DNA of 24,434 bases from an uncultured Bacilli bacterium (GTDB taxonomy: Bacteria > Bacillota_I > Bacilli_A > RF39 > UBA660). The stretch is from contig CANRJI010000001.1 in assembly GCA_947630885.1 (NCBI GenBank), positions 1-24,434 of the forward strand. The letters run 5' to 3'. Both the position numbers and the translations under genes were made by a program. Under the pieces are notes generated by a model. It was not told where the DNA came from, made no database searches, and worked only from the letters and a program-made list of their open reading frames with translations. The stretch's first letter is position 1; each line of letters starts with the position of its first letter. Shown here one piece after another: positions 9,101 to 17,558 of the stretch.

Positions 9101-11530
9101 ATGCTCGATAAAAAATATGATCCAAAAGAGAAGGAAAAGAAATGGTTAGATTATTGGGAAAATAATAGTATTTATAAATTTGTACCAGATGAAAGAAAAA
9201 TATATTCAATTGATACTCCTCCTCCAACAGTAAATGGGAAAATTCATATAGGTCATATTTTTTCTTATTCACAAACAGAAATGATAGCAAGATATAAAAG
9301 ACTACGAGGATATAATATATTTTATCCATTTGGCTTTGATGATAATGGATTACCTAGTGAGAGATTGGTTGAAAAAGAACAGGGAAAGAAAGCTCACGAA
9401 ATAGGTAGAGAAAATTTTTCAAAACTATGTTATGAAACAACTGATAAATATGAGAAAGAATTTCAAACTTTATTTAGTAAAATGGGGGTAAGTACAGATT
9501 GGGATATACATTATAAAACGGTTAGTCCTTCGACGATTAAAATTAGTCAATTATCATTTCTAGATTTAATTGAAAAAGGGCATTGCTATCATAAAGAAAG
9601 TCCTGCTTTATGGTGTAATGAATGCTTAACATCTATTGCACAAGCAGAACTTGAAACGAAAACAATAAAAACAACATTTAATTATGTTAATTTTAAAACA
9701 GTTGAAGATGATGAAGAATTTACTATTGCTACAACAAGGCCAGAGTTATTACCCGCGATAGTTTGCGTATTTGTAAATCCAAATGATGAAGTTCATAAGC
9801 ATTTAATTGGAAAAACGGCTCATATTCCAGTAATTAATGTTGATGTCCCTATTATGGCAGATGAAAAAGTTGCTATTGATAAAGGTACTGGTGTTGTTAT
9901 GTGTTGTACCTTTGGAGATCAAACAGATATTGAATGGTGGAAAAAATATAATTTACCTTTAAAATATATTTTTACTGATGATGGAAGAATCGCTTCTGAA
10001 GTTCCAAATTATGGCGGAATGAAAATTAAAGAAGCTAGAAAACAAATAATTGAAGATTTACAAAATGGTGGATATGTAGTTAAAATTGAAGAATTGGAAC
10101 ATGAGGTTCAAACACATGAAAGATGTGGTAAAGAAGTAGAATACACGGTTATGAAACAATGGTTTATAGATATTATGAATCATAAAGAAGATTTCTTAAA
10201 AATTGGTAACAATATTAAATGGCATCCAGAACACATGCATACTAGATATGAGGAATGGGTAAATAATATTGCTTGGGATTGGTGCATATCAAGGCAAAGA
10301 TATTTTGGTGTTCCTTTTCCTGTTTGGTATTGTAAAGAATGTGGAAAACCAATTTTTGCTAAAAAAGAAGATTTACCTGTAAATCCCCTAGTTGATAATC
10401 CTAGTGTAAGTGAGTGCCCTAAATGTAAATGTAAGGAATTTTTACCTGAAACAGATGTTATGGATACATGGGCAACTTCTTCAGTAACTCCTTTAATCAA
10501 TATGAGATATGGCGAAGAAAATAATTATGAAAATTTATTAAAACCGATGAGTCTTAGGACTAATGCTTCAGAGATTATTAGAACATGGGATTTTTATACT
10601 ATTGTAAAAAGTTTTTATCATTTTGGTATTCGTCCATGGGATAATGTAATGATTTCAGGATTTGTTATGGCAGACAAAGGGGAAAAAATTAGTAAATCAA
10701 AAGGAAATAGCAAAGTAGAGCCTACTCAATTGATAGAAGAATATTCCGCTGACGTAATTAGATATTGGGCAGGATCAGGAAGACTTGGAACAGATATTGT
10801 ATTTAGTGAAGAAACGCTTTTGAGAGGAAAAAAATTACTAAATAAAATATGGAATGTATCTAAATTTATTGAAATGCATTTAGCAGATTATGAAGATAAA
10901 GACTTTAACAATTATGAATATGTAGATAAATGGATTTTAGGAGCATTCCAAGAAATGGAAAAAGGATTCATTAAATATTTAGACGAATATGAAGTTGGAT
11001 TAGCATTAAATCACTTGGAAAAATTCTTTTGGAATTTCTGCGATAACTATATAGAAATAGTAAAACATAGATTATATAGGCCAGAAGAATTTGGTGAAAT
11101 ACCAAGATATTCAGGTCAAAAAACTATTTACACGATTCTTTATAAATTATTACAAGACTTTAGTATTTTCTTCCCATTTATTACAGAAGAAATATATCAA
11201 GAATTATATCATAACAATAAATCAATACATTTAACAGAAATTAAACCTCTTGAGTTTGACTTTGATAAAGAAAGAAAAAATGGTAATGATATGATTGATA
11301 TTATTAGTCAAGCTAGAGGAGAGAAATCAAATAAAAATGTTTCCCTAAAAACATCAATTAAGAATTTAACTTTAAATTTGAATAAGGAATTAAAAGAAGC
11401 AATAGAATTATCAATGAAAGATTTTAAAGCAACATTATTTATTGAGAATTTAGAAATTAATGATGTACATAATGGATACTCTATCAATAAATTAGAATTG
11501 AATTTAGAAACAACAGAAAATAAGGAATAA
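9101..11530 (+). CDS. valS: Valyl-tRNA synthetase, short archaeal-like (type 2) form
   Basis: DTPPPTVNGKIHIGH (HIGH), FGFDDNGLPSERLVEK, editing domain ATTRPELL...GTGVVMCCTFGD, WDWCISRQRYFG, DVMDTWATSS, KISKSKGN (KMSKS site). No C-terminal coiled-coil arm. Start ATG 9101 lies 1 nt after the upstream TAA. Confidence 0.96.
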   Translation: MLDKKYDPKEKEKKWLDYWENNSIYKFVPDERKIYSIDTPPPTVNGKIHIGHIFSYSQTEMIARYKRLRGYNIFYPFGFDDNGLPSERLVEKEQGKKAHEIGRENFSKLCYETTDKYEKEFQTLFSKMGVSTDWDIHYKTVSPSTIKISQLSFLDLIEKGHCYHKESPALWCNECLTSIAQAELETKTIKTTFNYVNFKTVEDDEEFTIATTRPELLPAIVCVFVNPNDEVHKHLIGKTAHIPVINVDVPIMADEKVAIDKGTGVVMCCTFGDQTDIEWWKKYNLPLKYIFTDDGRIASEVPNYGGMKIKEARKQIIEDLQNGGYVVKIEELEHEVQTHERCGKEVEYTVMKQWFIDIMNHKEDFLKIGNNIKWHPEHMHTRYEEWVNNIAWDWCISRQRYFGVPFPVWYCKECGKPIFAKKEDLPVNPLVDNPSVSECPKCKCKEFLPETDVMDTWATSSVTPLINMRYGEENNYENLLKPMSLRTNASEIIRTWDFYTIVKSFYHFGIRPWDNVMISGFVMADKGEKISKSKGNSKVEPTQLIEEYSADVIRYWAGSGRLGTDIVFSEETLLRGKKLLNKIWNVSKFIEMHLADYEDKDFNNYEYVDKWILGAFQEMEKGFIKYLDEYEVGLALNHLEKFFWNFCDNYIEIVKHRLYRPEEFGEIPRYSGQKTIYTILYKLLQDFSIFFPFITEEIYQELYHNNKSIHLTEIKPLEFDFDKERKNGNDMIDIISQARGEKSNKNVSLKTSIKNLTLNLNKELKEAIELSMKDFKATLFIENLEINDVHNGYSINKLELNLETTENKE

Positions 11531-11564
11531 AATATATATTGCATTTAGTTTATAGTGATATGTA

Positions 11565-11667
11565 TATTTTGTGTTGGTAAAGTTCAAGAAAATAGTATGT
11601 AAAAGAAAGAGAAAACTTAGAAAAAGAAAAATTATTATTAAAAGATATAGTAGAAAAGCTAAAGTAA
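11565..11667 (+). pseudogene. Candidate decayed 3' remnant of a canonical (type 1) valS coiled-coil arm
   Basis: With a few small indels it reads YFVGKVQE-IV(C)KERENLEKEKLLLKDIVEKLK*, resembling the Val_tRNA-synt_C pattern F-V-x-K-A-P-x-x-V-V-x-x-E-(R/K)-x-x-L. It ends in TAA followed by a T-rich tract. Alignment was by eye. Confidence 0.5.
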
Positions 11668-11823
11668 TTTCGTTTTTCTTTTTTTATAATGTCATTACTG
11701 TGAATAAGGTAGATATAATTTAATTTTTAATTGTTACTTCTTGAATTTTGGAAAAATTATCTTTTTTCTTTATATATAGCTTTCAATTTTGATGATTGCT
11801 TTTTTTCAATTTTAAAAATTTAA

Positions 11824-11852
11824 TTTACAAAATATGTATTTAGTGGTACAAT
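11824..11852 (+). promoter_or_regulatory. Sigma-A promoter (extended -10) of the TM2-DUF2752 genes
   Basis: TTTACA (11824-11829), 17-nt spacer, TGg-TACAAT (11847-11852). Confidence 0.6.
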
Positions 11853-11877
11853 TTGTTTAAAGAAGGGAGAATTTGAT

Positions 11878-12216
11878 ATGGCTAAATTTTGTCAAAACTG
11901 TGGAGCAGAGCTTAATGAAAATCAAGATATTTGCTTAAAATGCGGAATTAAAATTAAAAAGGAGAGCGAAGTTAATAATGATCCTAATGCCAAATCGAAA
12001 GTAGCTGCTGGATTATTAGGTATCTTTTTAGGTGCTTTCGGTGTACATAATTTTTATTTAGGATACACAGGAAAAGCTGTAGCACAACTTTTACTTTCAG
12101 TTTTATCTTGTGGTTTTTTGGCTGTTGTGTCTGAAATTTGGGGATTAATTGAAGGCATTATGATTTTAGCAGGAAGTATTGATAAAGATGCTAATGGTAA
12201 TCTATTAAAAAATTAA
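11878..12216 (+). CDS. Zinc-ribbon plus TM2-domain membrane protein
   Basis: FCQNCG...CLKCG zinc ribbon; TM2 motif KSKVAAGLLGIFLGAFGVHNFYLGYTGKAVAQL; SD AAGGGAG. Confidence 0.92.
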   Translation: MAKFCQNCGAELNENQDICLKCGIKIKKESEVNNDPNAKSKVAAGLLGIFLGAFGVHNFYLGYTGKAVAQLLLSVLSCGFLAVVSEIWGLIEGIMILAGSIDKDANGNLLKN

Positions 12217-12584
12217 TGAAAAGAATTATTAATATTTTAATTATTGCTTTTAGTTTATTATTTATATATCTAGCAGTAGATAATAAAATTAGTTCAGTAT
12301 GTGTTATGAAAAATCTATTTAATATTAGGTGTCCAGGTTGTGGATTAACGAGAAGTTTTTGGGCAACTCTTCACTTTAACTTTATAGAAGCTTTTCATTA
12401 TAATATTCTTGGAATTCCTTTGTTTATCGGGTTTGTTTTAGCTATTATATTTATGTTTTACGATATTTTTAAAAATAGAACCAAGACAATTTCTTTTATT
12501 CTTAAATTTTTAGAAAAATACAATATTGCTATAATATTACTACTTGTGTTATCGATGATTATTAACAATATAAGAGGTATATAA
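12216..12584 (+). CDS. DUF2752 family membrane protein
   Basis: C...RCPGCGLTRS...AFHYN motif; coupled to the TM2 gene by TAATG. Confidence 0.9.
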   Translation: MKRIINILIIAFSLLFIYLAVDNKISSVCVMKNLFNIRCPGCGLTRSFWATLHFNFIEAFHYNILGIPLFIGFVLAIIFMFYDIFKNRTKTISFILKFLEKYNIAIILLLVLSMIINNIRGI

Positions 12585-12624
12585 AAATTAAAACGTCTCA
12601 TAATAAGAGTGAGGTGTTTTATTT

Positions 12625-13335
12625 ATGCACGATTTTATCTTGATTTGTTTTAGAAGTTTATTAGTTTTAATTTTATTATTTTTTATTGCTAAATTATTAG
12701 GTAAAAGGCAGGTATCACAGCTTAATTTATTTGACTATGTCGTTGGAATTACGATTGGGTCAATAGCAGCGGATATTTCTTTAGATTTAGAAAAAGATTT
12801 GCTCGCGGGAATTGCTTCTTTATTTATTTATGGAATAGTTGCCTACTTTATTTCATTTATTACGCTTAAAAGTATTAAAGCGAGAAGAATATTTACGGGT
12901 GTACCCACAGTTCTTGTGGAAAAAGGAAAACTTATTGAATCAGGGCTTCGAAAAGCAAAAATTGATGTTAATGATTTACTTTCAGAAGCAAGAGTCGCAG
13001 GATATTTTGATTTAAGTGAGATTAACTATGCAATTATGGAAGTAAATGGCGATATTAGTTTTCTTCCAATGGAAGAAGATAAACCGGCCACTAAAAAAGA
13101 TATGAAAATCAAATGTGATAAGGGAGGACTTACGGCGAACGCTATAATTGATAGTACATATATGAAAAATAATGTTATGGCAATGCATAAAGATAAGAAG
13201 TGGCTCGACCATGAATTAAAAGTACTTGGATATGATAATTACGATAATATTTTGCTAGCAACTATTGACGATAAAGAGAAAGTTACGGTTTATGAAAAGA
13301 ACGTTAGACCAGATAAAAATACTGTTTTAGAATAA
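12625..13335 (+). CDS. DUF421/YetF family membrane protein
   Basis: LLGKRQVSQLNLFDYVVGITIGSIAA, PTVLVEKGKLI, YAIMEVNGDISFLP, IIDS; SD GAGGTG. Confidence 0.92.
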   Translation: MHDFILICFRSLLVLILLFFIAKLLGKRQVSQLNLFDYVVGITIGSIAADISLDLEKDLLAGIASLFIYGIVAYFISFITLKSIKARRIFTGVPTVLVEKGKLIESGLRKAKIDVNDLLSEARVAGYFDLSEINYAIMEVNGDISFLPMEEDKPATKKDMKIKCDKGGLTANAIIDSTYMKNNVMAMHKDKKWLDHELKVLGYDNYDNILLATIDDKEKVTVYEKNVRPDKNTVLE

Positions 13336-13347
13336 AAAGTTGACAGC

Positions 13348-13385
13348 CTGAGTGGAAAATAAATAATTTTCTATTCAGCTTTTTT
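13348..13385 (+). terminator. Intrinsic terminator after the DUF421 gene
   Basis: CTGAGTGGAAAAT-aaata-ATTTTCTATTCAG stem (two G-T pairs), followed by c and a T run. Confidence 0.65.
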
Positions 13386-13440
13386 AATTAGATTAATCAT
13401 CTTAAGTTATGCGTGATATAATATTTGTAGGAGTAAGCAA

Positions 13441-14826
13441 ATGAAGAAGTGGAAAATATTTTTGGTCTTTTTAATAATAGTTTTTTGTTTTGATTTATCA
13501 ATTTTATTTTTATATCCAGTTATTCATATCAACAATACGGTTGTTACTTATAATAGTAATTACGAACCAAAAATTTTAGCAAAAAATGTATTTGTAAACT
13601 TATCTGATAAGGTTACATGGACAAGCAATGTCGATACGAGTAAAATAGGAAAATATAAAGTAATATGTAAAATTAAATATTTAATATTTAATTTAAAAAA
13701 GAGTATTTCTATTTATGTTGTCGATAAAGATAAACCAACAATTACTTTAGAAGGATTGGAGAATGTTAAGTTATGTCCTCATGAATTATATAAAGAAGAA
13801 GGATTTACAGCTTTTGATTTTTATGATAAAGATATTACTGACAAGGTTAAAAGATACGAAATTGATAATAATATTTTCTATGTAGCTACAGACAGTTCAG
13901 GTAACAGAATAACTGCACGTAGGACAATTACTTATGGTGATGATGAAAATCCTGCAATTACTTTAAATGGCAATAGTGAAATGTATGTTTATTTGGGAAA
14001 TAGTTTTACGGACCCAATGTATACTGCTAGTGATAACTGTGATGGCGATATTACCGATAAAGTTATATCAACAGGTACTGTGGATACAAATAAATTAGGT
14101 AGCTATGATATTACTTATGAAGTTAGTGATTCAAAAGGAAATAAAACACAAGCGACAAGAAGAGTAACAGTTATAAGTAGACCAGTTCCAAATAATTCTT
14201 ATGGCAATGGTTATATTTATTTAACTTTTGATGATGGACCTAGTAATTTAACTAATATGGTACTCGATATTTTAGATGAAGAAAATGTCAAGGCAACGTT
14301 TTTTGTAACAAGTGCTAATGAGGCAACGAGAAGAGCATATAATTCGGGACATACAATTGCTCTTCACAGTTATACTCACGACTATAGTTATGTTTATTCA
14401 AGTAGTGAAAATTATTTTGATGATTTAAATACAGTTAGTAATAAAGTTTATGAAGTTATTGGAATTAGACCTACGATTATTAGATTTCCAGGAGGTAGTT
14501 CGAATACGATAAGTAGGAATTATAAAGCAGGGATTATGACTTATTTAACTAGTGAAGTATTACGAAGAGGATATAATTATTTTGATTGGAATGTTGACTC
14601 AAACGATGCAGGAAGTGATATTTATAACAGTAGTAACATTTATTTAAATGTCATCAATAATCTATCACATAATAAAACAAATATTGTTCTCATGCACGAT
14701 TCAGGTAGTCATAGTGCTACGGTTAATGCTCTTCGTGATATTATTAGATTTGGTAAAAATAATGGTTATACATTTAGGGCAATAACGAATGATACACCAA
14801 GTGTCAGACACCGTGTTGCCAATTAA
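13441..14826 (+). CDS. Membrane-anchored polysaccharide deacetylase (CE4, PgdA-like) with Ig-like (DUF5011-type) repeats
   Basis: N-terminal TM helix; repeats DK.KPTITL.G and D.ENPAITLNG...YTASDNCDGDITDKV; intact CE4 motifs LTFDDGP, HSYTH, RFPGG, DWNVDSND, LMHD; TGaTATAAT at 13414-13422 upstream. Confidence 0.92.
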   Translation: MKKWKIFLVFLIIVFCFDLSILFLYPVIHINNTVVTYNSNYEPKILAKNVFVNLSDKVTWTSNVDTSKIGKYKVICKIKYLIFNLKKSISIYVVDKDKPTITLEGLENVKLCPHELYKEEGFTAFDFYDKDITDKVKRYEIDNNIFYVATDSSGNRITARRTITYGDDENPAITLNGNSEMYVYLGNSFTDPMYTASDNCDGDITDKVISTGTVDTNKLGSYDITYEVSDSKGNKTQATRRVTVISRPVPNNSYGNGYIYLTFDDGPSNLTNMVLDILDEENVKATFFVTSANEATRRAYNSGHTIALHSYTHDYSYVYSSSENYFDDLNTVSNKVYEVIGIRPTIIRFPGGSSNTISRNYKAGIMTYLTSEVLRRGYNYFDWNVDSNDAGSDIYNSSNIYLNVINNLSHNKTNIVLMHDSGSHSATVNALRDIIRFGKNNGYTFRAITNDTPSVRHRVAN

Positions 14827-14830
14827 TTAT

Positions 14831-14855
14831 AAATTGCTCGAAAGGGCAATTTTTT
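14831..14855 (+). terminator. Intrinsic terminator after the deacetylase gene
   Basis: AAATTGCTC-gaaa-GGGCAATTT followed by T's. Confidence 0.75.
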
Positions 14856-14890
14856 ATTATACATCTGTTTGTTTTTTACTTTATTTATTA

Positions 14891-14919
14891 TTTACTTATA
14901 TAATAATTTATGCTATACT
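14891..14919 (+). promoter_or_regulatory. Sigma-A promoter (extended -10) of rmuC
   Basis: TTTACT (14891-14896), 17-nt spacer, TGc-TATACT (14914-14919). Confidence 0.6.
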
Positions 14920-14946
14920 TTGAATAGAAAAGGTAGGTGATATTAA

Positions 14947-16017
14947 ATGATGGATTATATTATTATTGGACTACTAGGAGTTGTAATTATTCTTGTTATC
15001 GTAGCTATTGTTAAAAATGTTAACGAAGGAAAAATTACGGAAAGAATAGGAAACTTGGAAACGAATACGGTTAAAGAATTATCTAAATTTCAGATTGATA
15101 TTATGAAGACAATGAATGATAACTTTAATGGTTTAAATGAAAGAATGGAAAGAAAACTTGACCAAATTAATAATAAAGTTAACGAAAGATTAGATGATAA
15201 TTTTGCTAAAACGAATAAGACTTTTACTAATATATTGGAAAGATTATCAAGAATTGATGAAGCACAGAAAAAAATTGATACGTTATCCACAGATATTGTT
15301 TCTTTACAAAGTATTTTAACAGATAAAAAGAGTAGAGGTATATTTGGAGAAATTAATCTTAAACATATTCTTGTCAGTATCTTTGGAGAGAAGAATGATA
15401 AAGTATATGCTCTTCAGTACAGTTTTCCTAATAATACAATTGCCGATGCGGTTATCTTTGCTCCCGCTCCACTAGGGACAGTGGCTATTGACTCAAAATT
15501 TCCTTTAGAAAATTATCAGAGAATGGTCGATAAAAATCTTCCACAGGTCGATAGAAATATTGCTGAAAAGGAATTTAAGATCGATGTTAAAAAGCATATT
15601 GATGCTATCAGTAGTAAATATATTATCCCTGGTATTACTTCAGATCAAGCGATTATGTTTTTACCAGCAGAAGCATTATTTGCAGAAATTAATGCATATC
15701 ACAGTGATTTAGTTGAATATGCACATAAAAAGAGAGTTTGGATTTGTTCGCCAACAACATTAATTTCAACATTTACTATTATTGAAGTTCTACTTAAAAA
15801 TATGGAAAGAGATAAATATGCAAGTATTATTCATGATGAGCTTAATAAGCTTGGAGTAGAATTTAGTAGATATAGGGAAAGATGGGATAAACTAGCTCGA
15901 AGTATGGAAACGGTAAACAAAGATATTGAAAATATTCATGTAACTACTGATAAAATTAGTAAACGTTTTGATTCGATAAGCCGTGTTGAAATTGAAGATA
16001 AAGATACGACATCATAA
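14947..16017 (+). CDS. rmuC: DNA recombination protein RmuC
   Basis: N-terminal TM helix plus coiled coil, KSRGIFGEINL, AIDSKFPLENY, AIMFLPAEALFAEI, VWICSPTTL. Confidence 0.95.
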   Translation: MMDYIIIGLLGVVIILVIVAIVKNVNEGKITERIGNLETNTVKELSKFQIDIMKTMNDNFNGLNERMERKLDQINNKVNERLDDNFAKTNKTFTNILERLSRIDEAQKKIDTLSTDIVSLQSILTDKKSRGIFGEINLKHILVSIFGEKNDKVYALQYSFPNNTIADAVIFAPAPLGTVAIDSKFPLENYQRMVDKNLPQVDRNIAEKEFKIDVKKHIDAISSKYIIPGITSDQAIMFLPAEALFAEINAYHSDLVEYAHKKRVWICSPTTLISTFTIIEVLLKNMERDKYASIIHDELNKLGVEFSRYRERWDKLARSMETVNKDIENIHVTTDKISKRFDSISRVEIEDKDTTS

Positions 16018-16067
16018 AAACTCTTAATAATATCTTACCATTTGAATAAAGTTTAATGAGGGATATT

Positions 16068-16289
16068 ATGGTAAGAGTTTTTTTCTTTTTACTTGGATTT
16101 GGTCTCATGGTTATTGGATGCAGTTTTATTATTTTATATTTAAACTTAACGACAATTGGGTATAATTTTATTGATTATGTCAATTTTATTAGCAGGAGAA
16201 TAGAGTGCTATTTTAGCATTATTGGACTTATAATGATGATTCTGTCAATGTCAATAAAAGGAGATATGAAAGATGAATTTTATATATGA
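16068..16289 (+). CDS. Small hypothetical membrane protein (two helices)
   Basis: FFLLGFGLMVIGCSFIILYLNL...FSIIGLIMMILSM; SD GAGGGA before ATG 16068 (track start 16056); overlaps the next gene. Confidence 0.7.
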   Translation: MVRVFFFLLGFGLMVIGCSFIILYLNLTTIGYNFIDYVNFISRRIECYFSIIGLIMMILSMSIKGDMKDEFYI

Positions 16290-16899
16290 TATAGTGCTTA
16301 ATTTTAATAAGGAATATTATAATTTTTTTGAATGGAATAGGAAAGATAATATTATTAATATTAAAAAAATCCCTTTTTTTATGGTCGATAATGAGACTTT
16401 TTTAACAATGAAATATGATCAGGTTACAGTATCAACAGCCTTTGTTGATATGATTAAAGATAAAACTTTTACTTATTCTAAATATAAAGTAGGTCCTTCT
16501 TGCCTTCTTACTAATGGGAAAGAAGTAATTGGTGTTCTTTTTAATGAAAGGGGAATGCTAGTTAAGAGAAGTTCTCTTCTTTTAGATGAAGAAGATGAGG
16601 TTTTAGAAGAAATGGATAGTGACAGTGTATATAAAATAGACATAGTTAAAATTAAAAAAGTTAAGCCTTCAAATATTAATAGAATGGAAAGAGAAAAGAA
16701 AGAGTTTTTAATTAAGTATATTAATAAAGAGAATAGTGAAATTAATTTAAAATATTTATTTTATGATTACTTTGAAAGAGATGAAGATAATATTAATAGT
16801 ATTAAAGAAATATTAATTAAAGAAATTAAGAATAATTGGAATGAAAAATTTAATAAATTTTATGAGACAGTTAAGATATTTAATAAAATTAAAAGTTAG
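16273..16899 (+). CDS. DUF3603 (YjbA-like) family protein
   Basis: N-terminus YDIVLNF...FFEWNRKDNI..IKKIP and later KRSSLLLDEEDEV resemble DUF3603, recognised from memory; SD AAAGGAG. Confidence 0.65.
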   Translation: MNFIYDIVLNFNKEYYNFFEWNRKDNIINIKKIPFFMVDNETFLTMKYDQVTVSTAFVDMIKDKTFTYSKYKVGPSCLLTNGKEVIGVLFNERGMLVKRSSLLLDEEDEVLEEMDSDSVYKIDIVKIKKVKPSNINRMEREKKEFLIKYINKENSEINLKYLFYDYFERDEDNINSIKEILIKEIKNNWNEKFNKFYETVKIFNKIKS

Positions 16900-16932
16900 T
16901 TAGTATTTATAAGAATTGTTTAATATAAAGAG

Positions 16933-16968
16933 ACAAAAAAACAAAATGAATGATTTTGCTTTTTTTGT
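16933..16968. terminator. Probable bidirectional terminator between convergent DUF3603 and AraC genes
   Basis: ACAAAAAAACAAAAT-gaatg-ATTTTGCTTTTTTTGT imperfect hairpin with A and T tracts. Confidence 0.5.
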
Positions 16969-16971
16969 TTG

Positions 16972-17442
16972 CTAATGAAAAATAGATAATTTTCGGATGG
17001 GATTAGTCGTTGGTTTAAGATGATTGCGATACTTTTGAACTTTCTCTAGTAATATTTCAATAGATGTCATATTAGTTATAATAGTTAAACGAAGGTCATC
17101 ATTAACAGATTCATCGTTATGACAGAATTTTTTAAAAAGGCTGGGACTCACACCAATAATGGCTTTAAAGGTTTCGGAAAAGTACTCTAAAGAATAAAAG
17201 CCATTATTTATCGAAACATTGGTATAGGTATGATTTGTCATACGAATTTCTTTTAATGCATTATTAATACGTAAAGTGTTAATGTACTCAAAAATGGTTA
17301 TGCCTATTTCTTTTTTAAATAGTTTCATAAGGTAATATCTATTATAATAAAACTTTTTTGATAGGTCATCAATAGTTATTTTGCTATTTAGATTTAAATC
17401 GATGTAATCTAAAATATCACATACTAATTTATTTGAATACAT
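16972..17442 (-). CDS. AraC/XylS family regulator, DNA-binding domain only, plus a ~50-aa C-terminal extension
   Basis: ILDYIDLNLNSKITIDDLSKKFYYNRYYLMKLFKKEIG...LRINNA...GFYSLEYFSETFKAIIGVSP (double HTH); SD GAGGTG. Confidence 0.92.
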   Translation of the reverse strand: MYSNKLVCDILDYIDLNLNSKITIDDLSKKFYYNRYYLMKLFKKEIGITIFEYINTLRINNALKEIRMTNHTYTNVSINNGFYSLEYFSETFKAIIGVSPSLFKKFCHNDESVNDDLRLTIITNMTSIEILLEKVQKYRNHLKPTTNPIRKLSIFH

Positions 17443-17459
17443 AGCTTGTCACCTCTTAC

Positions 17460-17488
17460 ATTATACACAAAAGATGATATTTTAGCAA
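17460..17488 (-). promoter_or_regulatory. Sigma-A promoter of the AraC gene
   Basis: Minus strand: TTGCTA (17488-17483), 17-nt spacer, TATAAT (17465-17460). Confidence 0.6.
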
Positions 17489-17558
17489 ATTTAGCCACTA
17501 TTGTTTAAACTATTTTGCTTTTTTAATGATAAATTATTGGTGAAAGGAGAAAAAAAAT

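Noticed and set aside
12577-12607. Sigma-E/K promoter upstream of the DUF421 gene (CATAATAA)
   Set aside because: The -10 lacks the conserved final T/TA, and -35 matches are too easy to find in AT-rich DNA.
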